Part shown: positions 20,218-32,837 of the stretch, in pieces
How positions within the stretch are numbered: the first letter of the stretch is position 1
Layout of the letters: each line of letters starts with the position of its first letter
From: Lama guanicoe
Taxonomy: Eukaryota
Direction of reading: 5' to 3'
Assembly: GCA_013239625.1 (NCBI GenBank)
Contig: MU055906.1
Location: forward strand, 1 to 64,000
Length of the DNA: 64,000 nucleotides
The notes under the pieces: generated by a model
The model's input: only the letters and a program-made list of their open reading frames with translations
Told to the model about the DNA's origin: nothing
Databases searched by the model: none
Position numbers and translations under genes: made by a program

Positions 20218-23200
20218 TAATGTCACTTTGCCAGATGAACTTTCACAACATGGAGGGATAGCTCTGGCCAAACATGAGAAACCCTGCTTTTGCCATGAAT
20301 TCCCTAGAAGGGAGTATCCCATGACCCTTCTCTTCCTGAACTGCAAAACAGGGCAAGCATTTATTTGAAGAGGACATGAATTGCAAGAGGATTGCTAGCA
20401 GCATTCTTTGCTTCTTCCCTTGGATGCCCTATGTGGACATGGCAAGATCTGAAGAAGCTGGGGTACTAACATCAAACTTGTGAAAAGGCCTTTCCAAGTA
20501 CTCATGGACAGTCCTTGCCAGAGTGCTGTGCTCTACTGAAATCTTGGATCATGTCAATTTGCCCAACCTCATATTGTTTCCCAAGAGTGAAAGATCCTAA
20601 AAACTATGGAACATGGGTCGTCCTGCCTAGGAGACAGTCTCACAAAATTCTCTCACCATAACTTCATGCCAGCTAGAATGCATTTCAAGATGGCTGAAGT
20701 TGAGGAAAGAAAGTCAGGATACAGTGAAATCTTAGGGAACATGAAGACAGGCTTGTACACCAAAGACAAAAGCATTACATTTTAAAATGCCAGAAGAACG
20801 AAAAATTCCAAATATGCTCATTTCAAAGATGGGAACAGTTTTCCAAGACTGGGTGAAGCTAACACAAAATGCTTCATTTTGTCCAATAAGTACTTCCACC
20901 GTGTGAAAATATGCTCGGTAGAGACATTCAGTGAGGGGAACTTGGAGAATTCACAGTAGATTTTAATGCAAGACCTCACTCAGAAGTTAGCTATAGGATG
21001 GGACCTCAATCCCACCACTTACATGATCCCAACAAGGCAGAAGGAGATTTAACACACAATTTCATTTAGTGACAATTACCTAAAAGACTCATTTCACAGC
21101 CCCTCATTTTTAAGAGACACTCTGTTGACAAATTTTCTACCTTCACAGGTGACTTTCCTAATGGCAGTACAATAGGAGATAAAGGGAGTGGACTTTATGT
21201 TAGTGTGTGAGAAGGCCTATAAGAACGTGGATATTGGATGGCTATCCCCCCCAAAATTCTCTTATCCTGATAAAGCAGAAGAAGTAAATTTTTTCACTTT
21301 CATTGTACTCCCAAGATGCGTCACCATCAGGGTTGATAAGATGGAAATTAGAAGACCCATTCAAACAAATCCTCTTTCCAACTTGCTTACAGTGCTTTGT
21401 AACATCTAGGTCTGCTGAGGGGCTGTTTGTGTTTCTATGATGAGTTTGGGCCAAGGCCATTTAGGACAGGAACACAGGCTACTTAGGGAAACTGTGGAAA
21501 CTCAGGGCTCTCTTGAGCCTGTGATGTTGCTCCACCTATTCCATTTAATTACTAGAGTGGAATGATTGTCTAAGATTCAGAAGAAGAAGATGGGTAGGGA
21601 GAGATCTTCTACCAATTCTATCACTTCTCTCAGCATGCTGTTCAGGAACATTTTCAAGCTGGGATAAATTTGACATCTTGAGGAAAAGTTGAGAGAAATT
21701 AATTCAGATCCTGGATATAGGCTTCTATCCAAGTCACAGAAACTGTTTTTCCCCATGACAGCACAAGGCACAAATCATCCTTACAAGTTTCATTTCCATA
21801 AGGGAACATGTTGCAAGATTCCATGCATGTAGACCAAGGTCACAGACACATTCCTGAAAATGGCTTACCACAGTATATCTCACTTTTGTAAAGACAGTTC
21901 AACATCTGAGAGAACCATGATTCCTTGTGCATTAGGGGCCAAGCATTTGTGGAACACCAAAATAGATCCGTTTCACAAATGCCTAAATATTCTGTCTTGC
22001 TAGGCAGAGATTGGGCAAATTATCTTCTAACATGCCTTCTCCAAATTTGAGAACTGCTACAGGACATATTGAACTGAAGTACGACTCATTCAGGAGAGTA
22101 CACTCAAAGGTGTCTTTTTCTGTGCTATTCTTCCTACAGAAAATTTCATGAGAGCTGAAGTAAATTATCTGAGTTTGAAGAAGAACAGAGACCTATGAGA
22201 ATGTACAGATGGGCTGGCTTCCAACCCAGAAAATCAATGTGTCCCCAAAAATGCAGTGCAGTGAAAATTGGCCCATGTCATATTCCTCCAAATAGGGACT
22301 TTCTGAAGGAGAATTTTATTTAATGTATAGTACAGCTGAAGAGGGTTTATTGCAGCAAAAATACAGCATTCATAATAGCTTTCCAAAGAGCTGCTTTTGG
22401 CTGAGCTGAAATGTGGTCCTCAATATCACCTTCCCTGGTGTACCTTCATAAAATTCAGGGAATGTCATGTCAAACATGAAAAATCCCTGCTTTGTTCATC
22501 CATTCCCAAGAAGGGAATTTCCCATGTCCCTTCTGTCCCCCAAAAGAACCATATGAGTAGCATTTTTCTGCATCTGATATGAACTGAAGATTACTTTCTA
22601 AAGAGCATCCCTTTCACCTTTTCTTGGATTCAATCTGAGGACAGTGAAGATCAAGGAGAAGCTGATGCACTGATGATGAACTTTAGCAGAAGCTTCAGAG
22701 AGTACGGACAGACCATTCTTCCCCTTAGGCAAAATTCTGCACTTCCAAAGTCTGGGATAATTCAACATAACCTCTCCCCAAGTGTATCCCAGATTTCCAA
22801 GATTTTAAAATTTGAGGTGTACAGAACTTCCTATCTAGGAGATGTTTTCACATGATTCTTGATCTTGCCATCAACTGATGCTAATGAGAATGCATTCAAA
22901 GATGGCTGAAGTTGAGGGAGGAAAGGTAGGTTGCAGTGAAATCTTACTGAACATGGTGATAGGCTCATATGCCAAAGAGAGAAGCCACATATTCAAAAAG
23001 TGGCAAAAGACTGAAAACTTCCTCATGTTTTTGTGCCTAATGTGGGAAAATAAGGGTTGTGGGAAATTCCCTTCTTGTGAATTAGGGGCAAAAGTAAGAC
23101 AGGGTGCATCTAATATGAACTGCTTTCTCCTGTGCATGTAGTCCTTTCAGCAAGTGGACATTTGCTTGATCGACCCATTCAGTGAGGTGAACATGGAGAT

Positions 23201-23927
23201 TTCCTTGGAGGTTTGAATTCATGGACTGAATCACAAGTAACACAAAGGATTGTTTCTCTATCCCTCAAACTTGGTGATCCCAACAAGGCAGAAGGTGGTT
23301 TCCCATGCACAATCTTTCCTCTAGTGACAAAACCAACAAGATGCATTGCACATCACCTCTTCCTGAAGAGACAATCTGTTGGCAATATTTCCAACTTCAT
23401 GGGCAAATGCCTAAAGAAAACCGAGTCAGAGGTGAAGTTACCTACCTCACTGCAGGAGTGTGAGGAAGCCTATCAGAGCTCATAGTTACATTTGCTTCCC
23501 AGCAACAGAAACACTCCATTATCACGACAGTGTGAATTTCTTCCAACATGCCTTATCCAAATTTGAGAAGTGTTATAGCATATATGGGACAAAAGCACTC
23601 AATTAGGAGAGATAAAACTCCAAGCTGTCTTTCTTGGTATTCTTCCTAGAGAAATCTTCATAACAGCTGAAGTAAAATATCTACTTTGGATGATGAACGT
23701 ATGCTTCTGAATGTGCAAGTTGACTCACTTCCATCAATGGAAATCAACGTGTCCCCAAAAATGCAGTGCAAAGAAAACAGGCCCATGTTGTATTCCTCCA
23801 AATAGGGAAGTTACAGAAGGCGAATTTCACCTGAATAATGCTGAAGAGTGTTTCTCTGAACAAAACATTCAGCATTTCTCTTAGACTTTGGAAGAGCTGG
23901 TGTTGACTCATCTGAGTTGAGGTGCCT
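20218..23927. repeat. AB unit: A5 (20218-22420) + internally deleted B6 (22421-23927, ~742 bp missing)
   Basis: B6 spans 1507 bp versus ~2250 for intact B; junction at 23526-23530. Confidence 0.92.
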
Positions 23928-26900
23928 TAATGTCACTTTGCCTGATGTACCTTCATAACATGCAATGGTAGCTCAGGCCAAACATGAAAAACCCTGCTTT
24001 GACCTCAATTTCTAAGAATAGATTATCCCACGTCCCTTCTTTTCCTGAAATGAAATTCAGCACAAGAATTCATTTGAAGCAGACCTGAATTGCAAGAGGA
24101 TTGCCAGCAGCATTCTTTGCTTCTTCCCTTGGATTCATTCTGTGGACATTGCAAAATCAGGAGAAGCTGGGATACTGAGGCTGAACTTGTAAAAAAGCCT
24201 TTCCAAGAATGCCCAGACAGTTCTGGCAAGCTTGCTGTGCTCTACCAAAATCTTGGATCATGTCAATTTGCCCGACCAGAAAATTTTCCCCAAGACTGAA
24301 AGATTCTAAAAGCTTTGGAACACAGGGTGTCCTATCTAGGATATACTCTCACAAAAATCTGTGTCTTGCCATAACTTCATGCCAGCTAGAATGCATTTCA
24401 AGATGGCTGAAGTTGAGGAAGGAAAATCAGGTTGCTGTGAAACCTTATGAAGACAGGCTCATAAACCAAAGACAAATGTCTTACATTTGAAAACTTGCAG
24501 AAGAATGAAAACTTCCAATTGTGCTCAATTCCAAGATAGGAACAGTTTTCTATAATTGGGTGCATTTAATAAAATGTGTTTCATTCTGTCCAAGTAGTCC
24601 TTTCAGCATGCGGAAGTTTGCTTGATTAAGAAGTTCAGTGAGAGAGATTCAAGAATTCACAGGGGGTTTTAATTCATGGCCTCAGTTACAAGTTAGAAGT
24701 AGGATGAGTCCTCAATATGACAAGTTATGTGACCCCAAGAAGGCAAAAGGAGGTATCCCACACACACTCTTTCCTCTAGTGGCAAATACATACAAATGCA
24801 TTGTACAGCCCCTCATTTTCAAGAGACATCATGTCGACAAACTTTCCAGCTTTGCAGATGACTTTACTAAAGACAGTATAAGAGGAGATGAAAGGAGCAG
24901 AGTCAATGAGAGTGTGTGAAAGGCCTTTCAGAAATTGGATTTTGGATTGCTTCCCCAACACAAAAATTCTCTTAACCCGACAACGCAGGTGAAAGAAATT
25001 TTTTCACAATTATTGCATTCCAAAAATGCATCATCTGTGAGCGTTAAGGTTGATATGTCTGAAATTAGAAGAACCGCTCCAAAAATCCTCTTTCCACCTT
25101 TCTTAGGATGATTTGTAACAGCTGGGTCTGCTGGGGGGCTGTTTGTGTTTCTATGATGAGTTGGAGCCAAGGCCATTCAGGACAGGAACACAGGCTACTT
25201 ATGGAAACCGTGGAAATTAAGGGCTTCCCTGAGGCCTGAGAATTTGTTCCAAGTTTTTCGTTTGGTTCCCAGAGTGGAACAATTTTCTAAGATTCAGCAC
25301 AAGTAGCTGGGTCAGGAGAAATCTCCTACCTCTAACACCTCTCTTGGCATGCTATCCTGGAACATTTTAAAGCTGGGTTCCATTTGACATCTTGAGACAA
25401 AGTTGAAAGAAATTGTTTCAGAACTAGAATATAGGCTAATTTCCAAGCTATCAAATGTGTCTGTCCCATGATGGCACAATGGAGAAATCATTCAAACCTT
25501 TCCATTTCCATAATGGAGTATGTTGGAAGGTACTGTGCATGTAGCCGAAGGTCACAGAGGCCTTCCTGCAAACAGGTTGCCACAGATTTTCTCACTTTTG
25601 TAAAAACTGTTTAACATCTGAGAAGACCATGATTCTTTGTGCAGTAGAGGCCAATGTGTTGTGGAAGGCTGAAATAGACCCGTTTCCCAAATACCTGAAT
25701 AATCTGTCTTTCAACAAATTATTTGGAGTGAATTTTCTTCAATCGTGCTTTCTCCAAATTTGAGAATTGCTACAGGATATATTCAGGAGTATATACACAC
25801 AAAACTGTCTTCTTTTGTGCTATTCTTCCTACTGAAGAGATCATGAGAGCTGAAGTAAATTTTCTGAGTTCAATGAAAAACAGAGTCCTATGAGAATGTG
25901 TAGATGGGCTCACTTCCATCCCTGAAAATCACTGTGTTCCTGATCAGGCAGTGCAGGGAAAACTGGCCCACATCATATTCCTCCAAGTAGGGATGTTTCT
26001 CAAGGTGAATTTTCCCGAAAATAACACTGAAAAGGGTTTCTTTGCAGCAATACCTCAACCTTCCCAATAGCTTACCAAAGCTGGCTGAGCTGAAATATGA
26101 TCCCTATTGTCACCTTCCCAGAGTTACCTTCAGAACATTTAGGGAAACTCAGGACAAACATGGAAATCCCTGCTTTTATCATCAAGTCCTAGAAGAGAAT
26201 TTCCTAAGTCCCTTATGTTCTGCAATTTAACCATATGTGAAGCATCTGTGTGCAGCTGATATGAATTGAAGAAGGCTTTCTAAAGAGCATTCTTTCACCT
26301 TTCCTTGGATTCTGTGGACAGTGAAGTTCAAAGGGAAGTTTATGTACTAAGGATGAATTTGAACAGAAGACTCTCAGAGTATGGATGGACAGTTCTTCCC
26401 CTTAGGCAAAACTCTGCACTTCCAATGACTGGGATATAGTCAATTTAACCTCTCCCTTATTGTATTGCAGATTTGAAAGATTATAAAATCTGAGGAGCAC
26501 AGAGCACCCTAAATACGTGAAATTTTCACACGATTGTTGATCTCACAGGCAACTGATGCTTATGAGAATGCATTTGAAAATGGCTGAAATTGAGGAACAG
26601 AAGGCAGGTTGGATGAAATCTTACAGAACATGGTGACAGGCTCGTGTGCCAAAGAGAGCAGCCACATTATGAAAAAATTGTAGAAGTCTGAAAACTTCCT
26701 TATGTGTTTGTGCCTAAAGTTGGAAAAGAAGGGCTGTGGGAGATTCACTTCTTGTGAATTAGTGGCAAAACTAAGACTGGTTGTATCTAAGATGAAATGC
26801 TTTCTCCTGTCCAAGTAGTCCTTTCAGCAAGTGGAAATTTGCTCGATCAACACATTCAGTGAGATGAACATGGAGATTTCACTGGGGGTTTGATTGACAT

Positions 26901-28391
26901 TATTTTTTCTCAATCCCTTAAACTTGGTGGTCTCCACAGGGCAGAAGGAAGTTTCTCCACACACAATCTTTCCTCTAGTGATAAAAACCAACAAGATGTA
27001 TTGCAAATCACCTCTTCCACAGGAGACAATCTGTCAGCAATATTTACAACTTTGCAGGCAATCACCTAAAGAAAACCGAGGCAGACATAAAGTGAGCTAC
27101 CTCACTGCAAGAGTGTGAGAAGGCCTATCAGAGCTCATAGTTCCACTTGCTTCCCCAAAACACAAACACTCCATTATCATGACTGTGTAAATCAGGGTCA
27201 TTTTCTGCACACATTGTGTTACCAGTATGAATCTATTGCCAAGGTTTTTGTTGATATCAGTGAAATTACAAAACTCATTCACACAATCTTATTTGCACCT
27301 TCATTCAGATGCTTCCATTAAGCAGTGTCAAGTGAGGGGCTGTGGCTTTTCCAAAGTGGAGATTTCACCCAGGTCTTTAAAGGCAGTAACATAGATTAAT
27401 TTGGGAAACTGTGAAATCAGTGATCTTGATGAGGCCTTGGAAGTTGTTGTATATTATCCACTTGATTCTCAGGGTGGGATAATTGTCCTAGATTCAAATC
27501 AATAAGCTGGGTAGGAAGAGATCTTCTCTCACTTCTGCCACCATTGTTGGCAATCTCTAAAGGAACTGTTTCAAGGTGGGTTCAATTTGACAACTCAAGG
27601 TCAAGTTTAGAGAACCTGCTTCAGAACTGAGATTTAGGTTTCTTTCCCATTCACAGAAACCGATTTTTCCCAAAAATGCACAAGACAAAAATCATCCTTA
27701 CATGTTCCATTTCAAGCAGCAAACATGTAGGAAGTTCCCGTGCATGAAGGTAAAGGTCATAGGGACTTTGCTACAAATGGCTTTCAGCATTACCTCTCTC
27801 TTTCATAAAGTTAGTTCAACATAAGGGAAAAACTGAGTCCATGTTAAATAGGAGCAAGACCTTGTGGAACACTGTTACACAGCCGTTTACCAACTGCCAG
27901 AATTCTCTGAATTGCAACCAACTTGATGGAGTGAATTTCTTTCAAGAATGCCTTAGGAAAAATTTAGAATTGTTATAGGATATATTGAACCCAAGCACTC
28001 ATGTAGGAGAGGGTGCCCTCCACGCTGTCTTCTTTCCTTGTATTCTTCCTACAGAAATCTTCATAATGGCTGAAGAGTTATATCTACGTAGATGATGAAC
28101 AGATTCGTTTCTGAATATACAAATGGGCTCACTTATTTCCTAGAAGATCAGTGTGTCCCTAAAAATGCAGTGCAATGAAAACTGTGTTCTTCCAAATAGG
28201 AAAGTTACGGAAGGTGAATTTTAACTTCTGTAAAGGTAAAATTCTTCCAAATCGTGTTCTTCCAAATAGGAAAGTTACAGAAGGTGAATTTTACCTGATG
28301 TAACGCTGAAGAATTGTCTCTGCACCAAACATTCAGCATTCTTCATAGAATTCAAAAGAGCTGCTGCTGACTCACCTGAGATGAAGTGTCT
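23928..28391. repeat. AB unit: A6 (23928-26104) + B7 (26105-28391, with complex insertion at ~28184-28296)
   Basis: Landmarks at 23928, 26105, 28392. Confidence 0.92.
28184..28296. other. Local 40-bp direct duplication separated by short templated inverted and direct snippets
   Basis: GTGTTCTTCCAAATAGGAAAGTTAC(G/A)GAAGGTGAATTTTA at 28184-28223 and 28254-28293. Intervening CTTCTGTAA (28225-28233) and AGGTAAAATTC (28234-28244) are exact reverse complements of 28275-28283 and 28286-28296. Confidence 0.9.
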
Positions 28392-31300
28392 TAATGTCAC
28401 ATTGCCAGATGTACCTTCACAACATGGATGGATAACTCAGGCCAAACATGAAAATCCCTACTTTGCCATCAATTCCTAAGAAGGGAGTATCCCATGCCCC
28501 TTCTGATCATGAAATGAAGTGCAGGGCAAGCATTTTTTGAAGCAGACCTGAATTGCAAGAGGATTGCTAGCTTCATTCTCTGATTTTCCCTTGGATGCTT
28601 TCTGTGGACATTGCAAAATCTGGAGAAGCTGGGGTACTGAGGCCAAAGTTATGAAAAAGCCTTTCCAAATACACATGGAGAGTATTTGCCAGCATGCTCT
28701 GCTCTACCAAAGTCTTGGATTATGTCAACCCACCTGACCCCAAATTGTTTCCCAACTGTGAAATATACTAAAGCTGAGGAACACAGGGTGTCCTGTGTCG
28801 GAGATAGTCTCACAGATATCTTTGTCTCACTGTAAATTCATGCCAGCTAGAATGCATTTCAAGATGGCTGAAGTTGACGCCGGAAAGTCAGGTTGCAGTG
28901 AAATCTTACAGAACATGAAGACAGGCTCGTACACCATGGACAAAAGCCTAACGTTTGAAAACTGGCAGAAGACTGAAAACTTCCATATGTGCTCAATTCC
29001 AAGATGGGAACAGGTTTCCAAGACTAGTTTCATGTAACACAAAATGCTTCATTCTGTCAAAGTAGTCCTTTCAGCATTTAGAAATTTGCTTAATTGAGAT
29101 GTTTAGTGGGGGTGCATCGAGAATTCGAAGGAGGATTTAATGGATGGCCTCACTCACTAATTAGATGAAGGATGGGTCCTCATTCCCACAGTTTATGTGA
29201 TTCCAACAAGGCAGAAGTAGGTCTTTCCTCTAGTGACAAGTATCTACAAGATGCTTTGCACAGCCCCCCATTTTCAACAGACATCTTGTCGACAATGTTT
29301 ACAAATTTGCAGGTGACTTTGCTAAATACACTGCAAGAGGAGATGAAGGGAGAAGACTCAATGCGAATGTGTGAGAAAGTCTATCAGAATGTTGATTTTG
29401 GCTTGCCTCCCCAACACAAATATTCTCTATTCCCGACATCACTGATGAAGGAAATTTTTTTGCACTCATTTTATTCCCAAGATGTGATACCTCTGAACAT
29501 ACGGGTTGATCTGACAGAAAATAGAAGACCCGCACAAACAATACTCTTTCCACTCTGCTTAGAATGTTTTGTACCAGCTGGGCCTGCTGAGGGCCTGTTT
29601 GTGTTTCTATGATTAGTTGGAGCCAAGGCCATTCAGAAAAGGAACACAGGCTACTTAGGGAAAACATGGAAACTCAGGGCTCCCCTGAGGCCTGCGAAGT
29701 TGCTCCACCTTTTCTGTTTGGTTCCCAGAGTTGAGTGATTGTCTAAGATTCAGCACAAGATGTTGGGTAGGGAGAGATCTTCTCCCACTTCTATCATCTC
29801 TCTTGGCATGCCATCCAGGTGTATTTTCAAGGTGGGTTCCATTTGATATCTCAAGACAAATTTGAGAGAAATTGTTTCACACATGGGATATAGGATTCTT
29901 TCCAAGTCATAGAATGTGTTTTTCCCATGATGGCACAAGACAGAAATCATCCTTACATGTTCCATTTACATAAGGGAAAATGTTGGAAGATTCTGTGCAT
30001 GTAGGTTTAGGCCACAGAGAATATCCTGGAAATGGCTGCCACAGGTTTATTCAATTTTGTAAAGGCAGTTCAACATCTGAGAAAACCGTGATTCTATGTG
30101 CAGTAGAGACTAAGTTATTGTGGACCACTTGTATAGACCCATTTCCCAAATGCGTAAATACTCTGTCTTGCTAGGAATAGATGGGGCGAATTTTCTTCAA
30201 ACGTGCCTTCTCCAAAATTGAGAATTCTTACAGGATATATTGAAGCAAAGCATGACTCATTCAGGAGAGAGTACACTCAAAGCTGTCTTCTGTTGTGCTA
30301 TTCTTCCAACAGAAAATTTCATGAAAGCTGAAGAAAATTGTCTGAGTTAGAGGAAACAGAGGCCTATGAGAATGTGCAGATGGGCTGACTTCCATCCCTG
30401 AAAATCAATGTGTCCCCAAAAATGCAGTGCAGTGAAAATTGGCACACATTGTATTCCTTCAAATTGAGACATTTCTGAAGTAGAAGTTTTCCTAAAGTAC
30501 CACTGAAGAGGGTTTATTTCACCAATTACTCAGCTTTTCTAATAGTTTCCCTAAGAGCTGCTTTTTGCTGAGCTAAAATGCACTCCTTAATGGCACCTTC
30601 CAAGATTTACCTTCATAACATGTAGGGTACCTCATGCTAAACAAGGAAATCCCATCTTTTATCATCAATTCCCAAGAAGGGATTTTACCAATTCCATTGT
30701 GTTTCCCTAAAGAACCATATGAGATGCATTTGTGTGTAGCTGATATGACTAAAGATAACTTTCTAAAGAGCATGCTTCACACATTTCCTTAGATTCACTC
30801 TGTGGAAAGTGAAGATCAAGGAGAAGCTGATGTAATAAGGACAAACTTGAGCAGAAGCCTCTCAGATTATGGACGGATGGCTCTTTCCCTTTGGCAAAAC
30901 TCTGCACTTCCAAATTCTGGAAAAATGTCAACTTAACCTCTCCACAAGTGTATCCCAGATATGCAAGATTTTAAAATCAGGGGCCACAGTGCCTCCTAAC
31001 TGAAGACTTTTTCACACAAATGTTGATCACACCATCAACTGATGCTAATGAGAATGCATTTGAAAAATGCTGTTATTGAGGAAGGATAGGCAGGTTGCAT
31101 GAAAATCTTACAGAACATGGTGATAGGATCGTGTGCCAAAGAGAGAAGCCACATGTTTGAAAAGTGGCAGAAGACTGAAAACTTCCTCATGTGTTTGATC
31201 CTAAGGTGGGAAAATAAGTGCTGTGGGAAATACCCTTCTTTTGAATTAGTGACAAAAATAAGACTGGGTGCATCTAACATGAAGTGCTTTCTGCTGTCCA

Positions 31301-32837
31301 TGTAGTCTTTTCAGCATGTGGGAGTTTGCTCAATCACATGTTCAGTGAGGTGAACATTGAGATTACAGTAAGGGTTTCAGTGCACAGCCTCAATCACAAG
31401 TAAGACATAAGATTGTTTCTCATTCCCTCAAAATTGGTGATCCCAACAAGGCAGAAGGAAGTTTCCCACACAACCTTTCTTCTAGTGACTAAAACCAGCA
31501 AGATGCATTGCACAGCACCTCTTCCTCAAGAGACACTCTGTGGGCAATGTTTCCAACTCCACAGCCATTTGCCTAAAGACAACCAAAGCAGAGATGGACT
31601 GTGCTACCTCTCTGCGAGAGTGTGAGAAGGCTGATCAGAGCTTCTAATTATGCTTGCATTCCATCAACACAAACACTCCTTTATCATGACAGCACAGGTG
31701 AGTGACATTGCCTGCAGTCATTCTATTCCCTCTATGAGTCAAGTGTCAATGATTGGGCTGATCTGAGCAAAATTATAAGACACATTCAAACAACTTTCTT
31801 TGCACATTCATTTGAACACTTCCAGTAAACAGTGTCAAGTGAGGGGCTGTGTCTGTTCCAAAGAAGAGCTGGAGCCCAGGTCATTCAGGGCAGGAACATA
31901 GATTAATTTGGGGTACCTTAGAACTCAGTGCTCATGATGAGGCAGGAAAAGTGGTTGCACATTTTCCAGTTGATTCCCAGGATGGGACTAATTATAAGAT
32001 TTGGAACAATAAGCTGGGTAGGAAGAGATCTTCTCCAACTTCTGCCACCATTGTTGTCATGCTCTCCAGGAATGGTTTCAAACTGGGTTCGATTTGCCAT
32101 CTCAAGTTCAGGTTGAGGGAAACTCTTTCAGTACCGAGACATATGATTCTTTCCCACTCACAGTAACCCATTTTTCCCAAAAAGCACAACACAGAAATCA
32201 TCATTTCCCATTTCATTTCATGCAGTGAACAAGTTGGAAGGTCCCGTGCATGTAGCCAAATGTGGTAGAGACACTCCTACAAATGACTGCATTCACACTC
32301 TCTTTCATAAAATTTGTTCAACATAAGAGGAAAACTGTGATTCCATGTGGAATAGGAGCCAAGAACTTGTGGAACACTGACACACAGCCATTTCCCAACT
32401 GTCAGTATTATCTGACTTGCAAACAAGATGACAGTGTGAATTTCCTTCAAACATGCCTTATCCAAATTTGAGAAGTGTTATAGAACATATTGAACAAAAG
32501 CACTCATTTAGGAAAGATTACTTTCCAACCTGTCTTCTTTCTTGGTTTTCTTCCTACAGAAATCTTCTTAATGGCTGAGTTAAATTATCTACATTGGATG
32601 ATGAATGTATGCCTCCGAATGTGCAAATGGGTTCACTTCCGCCCTTGAAGTTCAATGTGTCCCCAGCAAGGCAGTGCAATGTATACTGGGCCATGTCATA
32701 TTCCTCCAAATAGGGAAGTTACAGAAGGTGAATTTCACATGAACTAATGCTGAATAATGTTTTTCTGCACAAAACATTAAGCATTCACTCATAGATTTCA
32801 AATAAGCTTCTGTTGACTTAGATTAGATGAGGTGTCT
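28392..32837. repeat. AB unit: A7 (28392-30587) + B8 (30588-32837)
   Basis: Landmarks at 28392, 30588, 32838. Confidence 0.93.

Noticed and set aside
29768-29790. miRNA-like hairpins (e.g. GGGAGA-GATCT-TCTCCC; GAATGCATTC palindromes)
   Set aside because: Stems are only 5-7 bp. I saw no ~60-80-nt fold-back conserved above background.
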